From: Sphagnum compactum
Taxonomy: Eukaryota
DNA: 64,000 nt
Reading direction: 5' to 3'
NCBI GenBank assembly: GCA_965153455.1
Contig: OZ234493.1
Span: 16,110,213-16,174,212 of the forward strand
Each line of letters starts with the position of its first letter. Positions within the stretch are counted from its first letter, which is position 1. The notes under the pieces were generated by a model. That model made no database searches. It was not told the DNA's origin and was given only the letters and a program-made list of their open reading frames with translations. Position numbers and translations under genes: made by a program. Below are positions 12,739 to 25,480 of the stretch, piece after piece.

Positions 12739-14545
12739 GTTGAGATCATTGTGTAATGTTTGGACCTATAGTACAAAAACATTGAACATTTAAAAATATT
12801 GTCATTAAGTTTTTTGTAAACTCAAATGTAAATAATTTAAAATTCAACTAGGGTGTGTTTTTCATATTTTTTGAAAGTTGTTCGATGAGTGAAAGTTTTT
12901 TGAAGTGATTTTGTAAATTTTAACTTAAAGCATCAAAGATATTGAATTTTGAATAAATTTTTATCACTAAATTCTAATTTAAATTTTAAATATATTTTCC
13001 ACAATTGGGCTTCATGGTCAAGGTCATGTTCGCACTTCAATCAACAGCACAACCACCCTAATTTTTATGACATGAAAATCCAATGTAAAATATTGTTATC
13101 ACCTTTACGTAATGGGCAACCTTTCAATAAAAATTTGAAATATTGGAAGTTCTAATAATATCAATGTTAATATGAGAAAAAAATTAGTTGTCTTCTCACA
13201 AAATTGTTGAAACATGTGGATGGCTTCTACAAATTTGGCAACAAAACACCATTTGTCTTGTGTGCAACACAAATGAAATAGAGTCAAATGATTAGATAAT
13301 TTCATGGTAAGAATCCAATCTACAAAATTTTACAAAGTAGAGCTAAAGTAATATTGGATTTTGAATGGAGATTTTTCAAAAGAAATATGCGTATTAATTG
13401 GTAACCTTTGTGACATATAATAGAATATGGTTTTTAAAACAATAATAAGCCTTTGTTGATATACATGTGTGATGTAAAACTTAGTTTCATACATGTCAAT
13501 GTAAAATATATGTGGTGTTTATCATTCTTTGATATTAAACTAAAGGCCCAGCCACACTTGGTGTTTGTGACAATGTTAATTCAATGTTTACAGTGTTAAA
13601 ATAAAATGGTAGTTCACAAATAACATTCTACATAACATTAAGTTTGAGTTGGCATATGACATGGAATTAGTGTTATTTCGATGTTAAAAGCCAATGTTTG
13701 ATAACATTGAAATCTTCAAAATATGAACATTTCAGAAAAAAAATATTGATGTTACGGAAAACTTCAAAATATGGGTGATTAATTCAATGTTAACCTAGTG
13801 CTTCCCTCTCTTTCCAAATTTTCACATGTTCGTTATTTCCTCCCCCTTCGACAAGTTCCATCGCACTTTCTACAACAAGCTCTACACACAGAATATCTAT
13901 ACACAAGATTTCTTTTCACTTCTCTATTGCAACTCTATTGTTACAACCTATTGTTGTTCTGTCACTACTCAATTGTCTAATACAACAAAAGGTTGGACTA
14001 TAATCTATGTTCTACATGCAAGTTTGCATAGCGCCATCTATAAAAATTGTTGTTGCATTGCAGTGAAGGATGATGTTTGGCACTTTCTTCTAATCAAGAT
14101 TGCCATGTGGATAGTCTAAATTGAAAAATTGCCATTCAAGAATAGTCAATGAACGTCATCAACAACAAGCGAGTTGTGGGCATTTGACAAGGGATGTTGC
14201 CATCAACAACAAGTGAGTTGTGAGCATTTGACGAGGAACAAGATGCTAGCCACAATCACCTTCACCAAATGGTGGCAATAACAAATGCAACAAGTGGCAC
14301 TCTTGCAAGTACAATCAAAATCCACTTCCCATTTTCCTACGAGAATCATAAACCAAACAATAAAATGAAATAACTACGAAGAAACAAACAATCAATGAAA
14401 TTTTGTATTGAAATCAATAATTGAAATGTTTGAAGGTAATGAAATACTGTGATATTCCTCTACATACATTATAATTTTGATTGAAAATAACAACAAAACA
14501 TCATATGCAACTCAAAAGAACAAAGGTAAGTAAAAAGTTGTAGAC

Positions 14546-15900
14546 TTGGATTATGTAGAAGTTAAAACAAGGAAGCCCATACAAGCCAATTGGGAAAATT
14601 CAGAGGTCCTAACAATCATAAATGTGAAGAGAGTTAAGCATGAGGCAAGCTTGGAAGTTGTTGACTCAAAAGACAATATGGAGATAGCAATCACAAAATG
14701 GAAGCGTATATTTAAAGTAATAATGGCCAATTTTCATTTTCACCATCATCGCAACGGACCAATTTACAAAGATAAATGGGGGTCTTTGTATGGAGATTAC
14801 AAGAAAATACATGACTACCAAAGTGTTACATGCCACAATGAAGAATATTGGGACATGTTTGCAAAAGACAAGGTCTCACAAGGATTGCCGAAATTTTTTA
14901 GCAGTGTTTTTTGAGTTCATTGACATCTTCATGAACAATAGACCTTGCTTCAACCCCCCACATTCAAAAGATTTCATGAATTCAAATGATGATGTTTATC
15001 GTGTTATTTTTTCATGATTTTTCACCATGTGAAAATTTGGGGTCTAATGAAGAATTCAATTGTGAAGAAGCCATGGAGAGAGATGCATCACCCTTTGCAG
15101 CCCGTGATCCAGTATTACACTATGCAAAAACATTGGAGGAAGGGAATAATTGGGAAATTCCATTCAATCTCCACATTATTGGGCATAACACACCAATCAA
15201 TTTTGTTTTCCCCCCAATTGGACTCAAGACCATTGTGATAGTTGGAGCTTGGCAAAGCCCTATAGTTTAACTTACATTTCCAACTCCAACTATAAATAAT
15301 CCAAATGTAAAAGGAGAGCCACCTACATCAAATCCAATAACAGAATGAACTACACAACCATTGCACATTCCAAGAAAAACTAAACATATTCCTTTACCAT
15401 GACGCATAACAAAAAGTACACAACCAATTGTAGATAAAAGCAGAGATCTAATTATAGATGGAAACACACAGCGAGTTGCAAACAAAAGCACACAACCAAC
15501 TACATACAATGCTTTTGTTCAATCCCATCATAATGTTGGGAACACAAGGGTTAAACGAAAATCAAGTGCAACCCACGAAAATTTCATTGAAGCAATTGAA
15601 AAGGCTAATGCAACATTAATTGATTCCGTCAACCATATCCATGAGGTCAATATTCAAATTGAAGACAAACGAGCTTGAGCACAAGATGAAATTTTATAAA
15701 AACAATTGGAGTATTTCAAATTTCGAGACACAGAAATCAATTGAACTTAGCAGGGCATGCTCCGAACGATAACAAGGCTTACATAAAACATGGCTTTGGC
15801 TTTTAAAAGAGATATACATGGTAATGTGCCCCCACCAAAATCTGCAATGGGCCTACAACATGCCAATCTGACATCAAACAAGGATACTGCATCATAGGAA
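14546..15900 (+). pseudogene. Harbinger Myb/SANT (trihelix-like) DNA-binding protein remnant
   Basis: WENSEVLTII..KWKRI..RNGPIYKDKWGSLYGDYKKIHDY..EEYWDM. It is continued by frameshifted or stopped fragments and a coiled-coil-like tail near 15600-15790. Confidence 0.7.
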
Positions 15901-16029
15901 GAACATGAATAAAATTTCAGACATTCTTGTACTTGAAAAAAAATTGCATTTGCATGGGACCAATTTTTTCGAATTGAAAAATTTCCAATAATAAGGTAGG
16001 ATTGAATACTTCATACATTGTTAATGACG

Positions 16030-16665
16030 TTATGCAACAGGATAAATTTCTAAGTTGTGACAATTTTGTTCCTTGGAGAGCTCTTGACCATGAATGTGAA
16101 CATTTTCCTCACCATAATGCAATCCATTGAAATTATGTGCATGAACATCTTGCATGTTTTCAATTTGAATCACTCGCATGAGCTCTTCCACATCCACCTC
16201 TTTCCTCCCCAATAACAAGTTGTGGAGTAAATAACATGCAGAAAACACATCAGGAACAATAGTTACGTGCAGTTCTATCTTTTTTAAAAGCTCTCTTAAA
16301 GTTTGCTTCAATATGCTGAACGCATTCTTATAATTAACCTACCCCTCTTGTGTTTGCGATTATACAATAATTCCAAAATTGAATGAACTTCCCCATCTTC
16401 TTTGTGTGATGTCATAAGCCACAAAAGTAATGGGTACCCCTTATCTCCAAGCAAGTAAGGTGGGATACCATCCTGTGACCCAATAGCCATGTCAAAGAGA
16501 CCCTCATGTATTGCACGTTGATACAACTTGAACTTCCTCATAACACAAAAGTCATTCACATTCCTAGGCAATCCAACATAAAACATCCATAAACCTCCTT
16601 TGGTTGTCAACCACCGCTTGTGCAACCACATTATACCCCCCTATCTTGTGAAAGAAGTAATCATT
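16030..16665 (-). pseudogene. Harbinger DDE (HARBI1/DDE_Tnp_4-like) nuclease, C-terminal remnant
   Basis: YFFHKIGGYNVVAQAVVDNQRRF, VGLPRNVND, YLLGDKGYPLLLWLMT, YNRKHKRGR, ACYLLHNLL. It is frameshifted and the N-terminus is missing. Confidence 0.85.
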
Positions 16666-19249
16666 ATAATAAACACCAAACACTACAATAATTCATGGTT
16701 TAATTGACTAGAAAATCAAGTAAAAAAGAACCTAATTGTGACATTTTCCAACTTGACCAAGCCATCATTTTGGACAAGTTGTATTGAACACAAGTTTTTT
16801 TGACTAGTTGTCATTTTGACTAACATGGATGTGAATATTTGATTAATCATAGTGTGCTATGGTTTAATTGACTTCTAGTCAACGTGGGGGGTCAAAATGT
16901 ATGTAATTTTCAGTGCTATGTGGCATGATCCCATTATGCCACATGTCATCACATCCTTGGGTCTTTCGATGCCATGTGTCTTTGAATTATATGATATTTG
17001 ATGTACCACATGTTATTTTTCATTAAATCTTCTAATGACATGTGTCATTGTTTCCTAAAATCTTTTGATGCCACATGTCATTGTCTTGTTTACTCTTCTG
17101 ATGCCACATGTCAATATCCCATTAAATCTCCCGATGTCACGTGTCAATGTTTCATTGGATCTTTTTTATGCCACTTGTCATTATCTAATTGCATCAACTT
17201 ATGCCACGTGCCATAATTTCAATCCTTCCATATGGAGTGTTTTTATACCAATCCCATTGAGTGGCCTTTTTCTATCAACTTTGGTTGTATGGATAACATA
17301 TTATCTAACTATTATTGGACTATTTTTTCATTTGTAGTATTATTAATTTCACTAATTCCAATTTGAACATGTCATATATTCTATACTAATCTTGGACCCA
17401 AAGCTTTACATATTACATAATTACGTTGTAGTTAATAATGCCAAATCTATTGGTCCATTTTACAAAGCAATGGTAATGCCTAAACAATTGCAAATGCATT
17501 CAAGTCAAAGTAGCTCACAAGATGCAAAATCGGTGTTCAACCCACACATTTAGAGCCACTATCCATCTTCAATTGTCTTTCCAACTTTCTAGGTGCTCTA
17601 ATCAAATTTGTTGGCTAAAAATTGTTCAAGAAATGTATTTAGACGTTGCTTGTTAACTAAAAACTTGTCCAAAAAAATGAACTACTTGGATGTTGCTTAC
17701 TAGCCAAAAACTGTCAAAAAAATGAACTACTTAAATGCCACATCTTTTTCACGCCACATAACAATACCACTCACCATCTCTTTCATTTTTGAAGCACCTT
17801 AATTTGGAAATGGTAATCTGATTAATGTTTTTTTCATACATGCCACGGCTACAATGTAATTCCTCGGTGCAAATAGGGACCTATGAAATGCCATCCCTGC
17901 CAAACCACATACTTCCCCAGATGCACATGGCATTTTGCTTGTAGGGTTAAGGTCAACCTTCATCCTTGTTTTTAACATCTACAACATGACACATGAAGCC
18001 CAAATGTCATGGTCTTCATTTTTGGTACAATGTTAAGGAATTATTATTTTCCAAAACATGGATGAACAACCAATGAAGTGTATGCCTAGTTGGAAAAAAA
18101 CAGAAAGGTCAAATGAACAAGCATTAAGTTGTCCAGTTGAAAATTGAAGAGGTAAAATGAACTAGGGAACTATTTAATTCTATGACCATACCTATGGAAG
18201 ATTTTATGACCTCAATTTGTGTGGAGGAGATGTATGGTTGGCATCATCATTCGTTATGTTACCCTACACCATCCCAATGCAACTTCAAATTGCACCATTG
18301 TTTTCCCATAAATGTAAGAAACATTAGTATCACTAACATAACAAAATGTTAAGTAAATGATCATAATGTTGGCAGTCAAACAACTTCATAAGCAGTTAAA
18401 GACCATGAAAACATAAAACTCACCTCCAACCCAGATGTGGTGTAGCTAATAACTGATGATTCTTATGCTTTTGATGTGGATGTGGCTTTATCTAACCAAC
18501 CTCTTATTCATGTTGTGGCCCTGTCTTGTCCAAGCCATTTGTTGCTTTTGTGTTCTCCTTTTTTGTGGCCTTTGTAGTATCGGTGAAAGTGTTGGTACAA
18601 CATTTAAATCACCCCATGGATTCACATGGAACCATTTGCTCATGAATATGGACAAAAGGCCACAACCCACTTACTTGTTTGTTAGTCACAACATTGAGGG
18701 GGTATGATGGACCATTTGCATCCTTGGTACTTGGTGATAAGGGATGAACAACAATCCTTTCATCTTGCACATAACATGCATTTTATAAATCACATGACAG
18801 TTTTCACAATTGTTTTCAACAACATTTTTGTCATATGTTAAGAAGGCCAAGAATCTCACTTGACCAATTGGGAGTTTAGGCTCCACTTTTGGGTTGGTTA
18901 CTGGTGGCAATAAACTCCCTTCAAAGTTTTGTTCAAGGTTTTGTTTGGATATTAATATTTATCATTCCAATTATTTTGGTGAAACATTTTTTCATGTTCC
19001 AAATCAATTTTTGTTTGTTATTAAACTTGGTAACATTTTAATAATAAGAAATATGTTTGTTGTTCGAAAGATTCATACTTTTTTTTTGTGTTACATTTCA
19101 TTTTGCATACTCATTATTTACATGAAAGAAAAGAGGGCTAAGTGAATTATTTTGAACTTTGTAAATGTTGGTAAATGTTTTAAGTTGTATTGTAAGCTTT
19201 AGATAGTCAAATCAATTTGCAAATAAAAAAACATATTTTGGTAAAATAA

Positions 19250-20760
19250 TATTTTGTTTCAATATCTCCATTTATTTTAATAACATTCTTGAAAATTTGT
19301 TGAAAAAATGGAGCAATCAAATGAAAACAAAATATGTGAAATAACATTCAATGATGTTCCTATGGAAGAATTATTTGAAAATATCCCATTTTGGAAACAA
19401 AATATAGCAAAATTCTTGAAATTGAAAAATGAACCTTCAAAATTTGTATGTTCATAGAATTAAATGAAGACATCATGGTAGAAATGCATTTTTTTGTGTT
19501 GAAAAAAATTATAATTTGGATTTTTTGAGTAAATTGTTAACAATAATGAATGAATACAAAAAATTATGGGCAAAAGGCTACATATTTTCAAAAGATACCG
19601 GGTGGATATTAAAGATATCAAATGTCATTTTCAATGGTGGCAGAAGCACAAATCCATGTTTCTCAATGATAGTTTTTTTTGTCGCAACCCCACTTTGAGG
19701 CAAGTGTGAGGTTGCAACTCACACTCCCCAAAAGTGGGGACTTGAAGTCCTTCGGGACTCCCAAAAATTTAGAGTTCGATTGCAGGGGTCAAAACACCTT
19801 GCATTGGGGAGTTCTTTATACCGTTGGAAAGGTCTCGAAGAGTAGATATCCAAAATGGGCTTGCATGGGCCATGTGAAGATTTGCAGCACAAGTTATAGG
19901 CAAAAGAAGGGCCGGGAGTCAAACCGGCAGTTTGACTCCCGACCACTAAAAGTCGGGAATCGACCCGACCCCGGTGCGTGCAGGTGGAATATAACACACC
20001 GTTGGAAAGCTCTCAAGGAGAACTACAAGATTGCTGTAGAACTCATCTCAATCGGAGGTCTGAGCTGGGAGCTATGAGCTTCCAAAGTCCCAGGAGTCCA
20101 AACCGGGACAGTTTCGGAACTCCTCCTTGGGAGTCCCGGGACAAAAAGCCATTCGGATGCGGGTGTCGCGGGCGAACACAAAGAATATTATATGGGGGAA
20201 GGTGGTGGCTTCTCCCAAGTCCGGGCCGTGGTGAGTCTTGTGAATCCAGAGTTGCCCGTGGCTTGTCCTAGCACCAAAGTGATCCAGAAAGTGGTCTAAC
20301 CAACTTGTGGTTGGTTTTGGATGCAGATTCGAGTAAGTGAATAGCTTGTCACTCTTCCTAGTCCATCCCGAGGCTTCAACACGCCCCTCTACCCCTTTTA
20401 GTGTTGAAGGCTTGGAGCGTACCCCGAGTCCCTCCCTTTTTCCGCAACTTGAACAAGTTAGTCCATCTTGGGGTTAACTAGGGACTTGGTAGCGCGTCAC
20501 TTTTGGCCCACCAAATATAAGGTATTTTAGGATCTCACATTGAAACAAAAAAGGATTTTTTTTTTTAGCCAACATATCAACAAATTAAAAAAGATGTCAT
20601 TTTCAAATGACCAATTTGAAAAAGTTGATATTTGTGAACAAGAATTGGTTGCAAATTACATTTTAATTTGGTGGAAATAATTGAAAATGGCTTAGAATTA
20701 GAAAAATAATTGGAACAATTTGAAGGCTCATTTAAATGTGATGAAGTTATGAACATATGA
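19250..20760 (+). mobile_element. hAT transposase C-terminal dimerisation-domain remnant, interrupted by a solo LTR
   Basis: KCHFQWWQKHKSMF lies before 19680. LAHQI*GILGSHIETKRIF...NLKKLIFVNKNW lies after 20500. Together they fit the WW..P..A..L....ERxFS hAT pattern. Confidence 0.65.
19680..20499. mobile_element. Solo LTR (820 bp)
   Basis: Sharp GC-rich block with TG...CA ends and imperfect terminal IR (TGTCGCAACC / GGTAGCGCGTCA). The 5-bp flanks are TTTTT and CTTTT (4/5 TSD). No internal retroelement domains are adjacent. Confidence 0.75.
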
Positions 20761-22479
20761 AATTATGGAAATAAAAAAACTTTATTTGCTTTTTGCTATT
20801 TTACCATTTTTTGGTAATTAAAAAACAAAATCATTTTGCTGTAAGTAATTGAATGTTTTATAACTAATTGGTGAGAAACCACCTTTGAAAATCAATTAGT
20901 CTTAAATTTTTGAAAACCAACACATAAAAAACTAGTTGAATTTTTTTTCAAAAATTTGATACCCTAATTATTTTTCTTTCATGCAATTGTTTATTAGAAA
21001 ACCAACTTAGTTTTAAAAATGTTATGTGAAAATTGGAATTGATTGTCACAAAAAAATGAAAACCATCCAAGAATAATTACGTTACACAAAATTTGCACAT
21101 AAATGATTAGATTAACAATTAATTGTAATTACCATATGTGATTTGCTTCAGGGCATAGTCGCTTTAAACAAGTCACATAAAATTTTAGTCATAAAAGAGA
21201 ATATGTGGCACTAAATTACAATGGTAGTTGTTTAAAGATGTGACTTACATGAACTTTCCATCCATTCAAATTAGGTTATGTGGCATCATTGTTTTGTGAC
21301 TAATTTTATGACTAAATAATGTATTTGCAATATTATTTAGATATTAAAATACCATTTTAGAAATAAATAATAATAAATAATAAATATATTATTTTTATTA
21401 AATTCAACCATACCATGTTGACACGTGTCATTACATAGGCTAGGTTTTAAAAACCAATATAGGTTACTAAATAGGCCAACTATTATGCCTAGGTAGGTAG
21501 AGTATATTTGGTCAACATCCCAATGTTGACCACAACCCATGTCATTTGTGGGAATTGATACATTAACCCCAAGGACAGAGATTAATTCTTTTATCACCGC
21601 ACCACCTTACTTCTTGTGACAAAATAATAATGTGCATTTTATTTTGCCTATTTATTTTAAACACTACATAAAACATCATTTTTGATTTTTGATATCTTAT
21701 TAAGATTTTGTCCAAATGAAAATATTAAAGTTTAAATTTAAAGTACTTTAAATAGTGTACACACATTTTTTTTTTCCTCTTAAAAATATATTTTGGTTTG
21801 ACAAGAAAAAATATTTGGATTTTATTATTGAATACAATTTCAACAACCATTCCGTGGAAAATTCAATCACATGATTTATAAATGGATAATATAATGATAA
21901 ATAAATAGATATTTTAATTTCTTAAACCTTCATTTGATTTTTAGATTTATATTACATAATTTTCCTTTTAATATACGACAATTTTACCAGTATAATATAA
22001 TTTAAATGTGTGATATATAATTTATTCACATATAATAGTTATAAATGGATCATAAATAAATTATAATAGAAATATAATAAAAACTCTTATATTAGCCATA
22101 TTATTTTGATGTTAAACATTAATTTAAACATCAAATTTAATTTTTCAATAATAATTAATGCCATATAATTAATGATTTTATGGAACTATAAATTTTATTT
22201 TGTTTACACATATAATATTCTAATTTTTACATTAAACTTTGATAAAAATTGTATGTAGAAATAAATAATGTTTTTTTACATTCCAAGCCTTTATTTGACT
22301 TAAGAAATTATATTATAAAATTTTGTTTATAATAGATCATAATTGTAACAACAAAATTTAATTTAGATGTATGATATATAGCATATTCACTATATAATTT
22401 TTATAAACGGGTCATAAATTCCTTGTACTACTTAACCTATTCAATAAATAAATAACATTGCTGATGAATTAAAAAATTA

Positions 22480-23070
22480 ATTAAAAAATCACATATCAAC
22501 ATGATAAAATACCTACTACTTAACCCACATACATATGACCTATTAGCTACTACCTATCCTACTTATTACTTATTTAATAGATTATTTTCATAACCTATTT
22601 ATTTAATTAATAAGTTACAGAGCCTAATTAATTAAATAATTTATACAAAAAAATTATCACATATCAACATGATAAAATACCTAATATTTAGCCCACATAA
22701 ATATTGCTTATTACTTATTAATTTATTAATTACCCAACTTAGTTAATTAACTAAACAGAACATTATTTCATTTAACACAATGAAATACCTATTATTAAAT
22801 AGTTTACACACATACTATTTAATACCTCCTACCTAATTAGTTAATTAACTAAAAATATTATGACATATCAACATGATAAATTTACCTAGCTTATTTAATT
22901 AATTAAATATGAAATTATTTCATTGAACACAAGAAAATAACTATTACAAAATAACCTAATACTACCTAATACCTATTATTTAACCTAATTAATTAATTAA
23001 GTAATTGAAAAAATTATGACATATCAACATGATAAAATACCTACTATTTAGCCACATACATATTATTTAC
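22480..23070. repeat. AT-rich degenerate tandem repeat, ~4 units of 160-200 bp
   Basis: ACATATCAACATGATAAA(ATACCTA) recurs at ~22491, 22659, 22863 and 23019. Confidence 0.7.
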
Positions 23071-25480
23071 TACCTAACCCTATTTTTATTATTATTTGTC
23101 ATGGGTGTTCTAAAATTTTCATAAACCCACCAAACCCTACTACACATTTAATGGTAACTAGTTCATTGAAGAAAGTCAAGGGAAAAAAATTAAACCACTA
23201 AATCCACCAATTTCATTAAATAATTTTTTTTCCACATTTAATTACATGTGCATTTGCAACTAGGATTTATAGTTGCAAATCAAATTAGAAAGATGCCATG
23301 TGGTGTCCAATGGCCTATGAACCACTTTCCAAGTCGTAGAAACAACTACATTGTCATATACTTTGAAATGCATGATATAAATGTATTTTTCATTGTCATT
23401 TTCATCCAAATCAACATTAGTTGCAAGTATAAGTTGCATATGTAACTACAAACCACTTTGTAATCATTTATGCAATTACAAGTCATTTTTACCAAGTGCC
23501 ACGGAAGGTAGTCACATTTATAATTGCAAATTTTTTTGATTTGGATAGAAGTCGCAAATGCATGAGTTCAAATAAACCAAATTCCTTGTAGAATTATGAC
23601 TACATGACTTGTAATCATTTTCAAAAACATGACATGTGTCATAAACTACCTCATCCTATATTATCCTACAAAGGCCAAATTATTAGATTAACATAAAAAG
23701 GCCTTGGTTAGCCTAAATTAACCTAATATACCCTTAAATTAACTTAAGATGGCCTATGTTGGTTTAAATAACCTTGGTTAGCCTAGATTTAGTTTCAATT
23801 TAACCTTTGTTAGCCTAGGTTTATTGAAGATATAATTAACATTTAGTCAAATTTTTAATTTCATAAAGATTTGAAAAAGGTTTAATAAAGTTTTAATTCA
23901 ACCAATGTTTGGCCAATGTTTAACCAAGGTTTAACTTTGGCAAAAATTTAACCAAATTCTTTTTTCACAAAGTATTAACAAAGATTTAATAAAGGTTTAA
24001 CCAAGTTTTAGTTTAGTGAAAGTTTAACCAAGGTTTAGCCAAATTTTAATTTTGATTTGATGGAGATGCAATCCATATCAACAGACCTCAAATCCATCAT
24101 TTTGGCATGTCCAATCTAGCTGCAAAGCAAGTGGGTTAAATTGGAAATCAATTCCAATTCCCCTTAACCCTAATATGATGACTAAGAGGGAGGAACTTCA
24201 GAGTTGCAGGCCAAATGAAAAATGTTGGAGATCAAATGCATATTTGCATACCCTAAACTCATGAGCAAGGGCGATATAATTGAACTGCCATGGTTCTGGA
24301 ATTTTTTGGGAGATGTAATCCACATAACAATAGACCTCAAATCCATCGTTTTGCACTGTCCACTTGAGTTGCAGAGCAAATGTTTCAAATTGGAGATCAC
24401 ATAAAACCACCACCTTCGTAGCTTAAAGCAAGTCTACCCCCATAAGCACATTTGAATGCCTGGCAAGGATGAGAAGGAAACAAAAGACCTTCAGCAACTT
24501 TGGAAGGAAGAAGTGTGCAAAAATCATACGACACAATAGGAGTTTGTGACTAGAAGGTGTAGTGAGCAGAGATATGGCTTCTAGCGAAGAACATGAGAAT
24601 GACAATCTGCTACCAAGACTTTAGTACCTTGAAATGTCTAGAAATTTTGGCACATGGGTATTTAGGGTTTTGATAATTTTGACAATATTGGTCAGTTATT
24701 ATTTGAAAATTTGAGGATTTAAAAATCAAATACGCAAAGCTCAAAGGAGAATCTCAAGTTTGTAGCAACTTGATCCCAAGGTTGGGTGGAGAGCTCTCAC
24801 TGAAGATCTATGTTCTCTTTATTCTTATTGTATCATCTATTTGCTTTTCTTTTCAAGCAAGAAAGAAGTTAAAACCTTGTCAAATATCAATAAGGCTTGC
24901 TAATATCAACAAGGTTTGAAATTTGCTGCAACATGCAAGAACATGGTATGTGCAATCCACTAAAGGTGCAAAAAAAATGGTTACCACTAAGTACTGATTA
25001 CATTGTGACTCTTGGGGCACCACCCACCACCATTTGTAACTAACCCATTTGTGACACAACATCAATTCAAGAACTTGAACATGAAATGTGGACCTCTAAA
25101 ATGAACAAATGGGCCCCCTGAAACGCTAAAACCTATGTACATCACTCTTGGGGCATCTTTGTAACTAACCCATTTGCCATGCAACTTCCATTCAACGAAA
25201 ACCTAAAATCTGAACATATATAAGAGACCAATTTGCCCCTTCAACCTAAACCCTAAACCCTAGCAAGTCAGCATTGGGGCATACAGCAAACCCAATGGCT
25301 TTACTACCATGGGCTCATTTTGAATACACAAATTTTGCAGTTAGCTTTGATGAATGTTTGAACAGATCCAGTGAAATTAAATGAAGCCAAGAAATTGAAT
25401 TTGATGAGCGTGTCTGAAGACTTCTAAGTATATATGTAAATACAGTACAACAGCTAATCCTAAACCCTTGTGCTTGAAAA

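Larger units (their letters stand above)
13543..16675. mobile_element. Degenerate PIF/Harbinger DNA transposon, truncated on the right
   Basis: Convergent Myb/SANT-like ORF (+) and DDE nuclease ORF (-). The probable left terminus TAAAGGCCCAGCCACACTTGGTGTT shares its core with the MITE TIR at 37262. Confidence 0.8.

Noticed and set aside
17400..19000. Possible degenerate coding remnants after the CACTA-like block
   Set aside because: I could not identify transposase motifs with confidence.
19679..20271. ORFs of 92-132 aa inside the solo LTR
   Set aside because: They have non-ATG starts and no gag/pol motifs, and are expected by chance in GC-rich LTR DNA.
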